Of a stretch of 64,000 nucleotides of DNA, positions 63,845 to 64,000 are shown in pieces. Numbering within the stretch: the first letter of the stretch is position 1; every line of letters begins with the position of its first letter. Source of the stretch: the human T2T-CHM13v2.0 reference genome, Homo sapiens; NCBI RefSeq assembly GCF_009914755.1, contig NC_060927.1; one strand, given 5' to 3'. The notes below the pieces were generated by a model, which was given only the letters and a program-made list of their open reading frames with translations, searched no databases and was not told the origin of the DNA. The position numbers and the translations under genes are program-made.

Positions 63845-64000
63845 CTGAAAAAATAAAACAAGTATTTGCAGTAGTCACCATTTTGATCATTCTGCATAAT
63901 TACTAAGTAATAAAATAAAACTACAATACACTATTCTTATTATATCATTATATTGTGCTAGACTCAAATTTTAACATATATATACCAACCAGGATGTCAT

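Overview
Primate (human-like) genomic DNA, not prokaryotic. It holds the 3' ends of two convergent genes. BOC (Hedgehog co-receptor, + strand) contributes its last 6 coding exons, with the stop at 5928-5930. CFAP44/WDR52 (cilia/flagella protein, - strand) contributes its last 13 coding exons, with the stop at 10625-10627. All exons have GT-AG boundaries and join in frame. The CFAP44 introns are dominated by transposable elements, including an 18 kb nested stack (old L1M hosting MSTA, a full-length THE1A, MER47A, an L1PB-like element with MLT2A1 and THE1 LTRs, and Alus) and a truncated LTR1/ERV1 provirus. I found no evidence of a new gene or self-contained new system. The best leads are a locally templated ~120 bp insertion inside an LTR microsatellite, an ERV fragment with an anomalous ~21 bp flanking duplication and a possible internal CFAP44 promoter, and a polyadenylation-dependent BOC/CFAP44 3' UTR overlap. 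Repeat subfamily names are by recognition and their edges are approximate.
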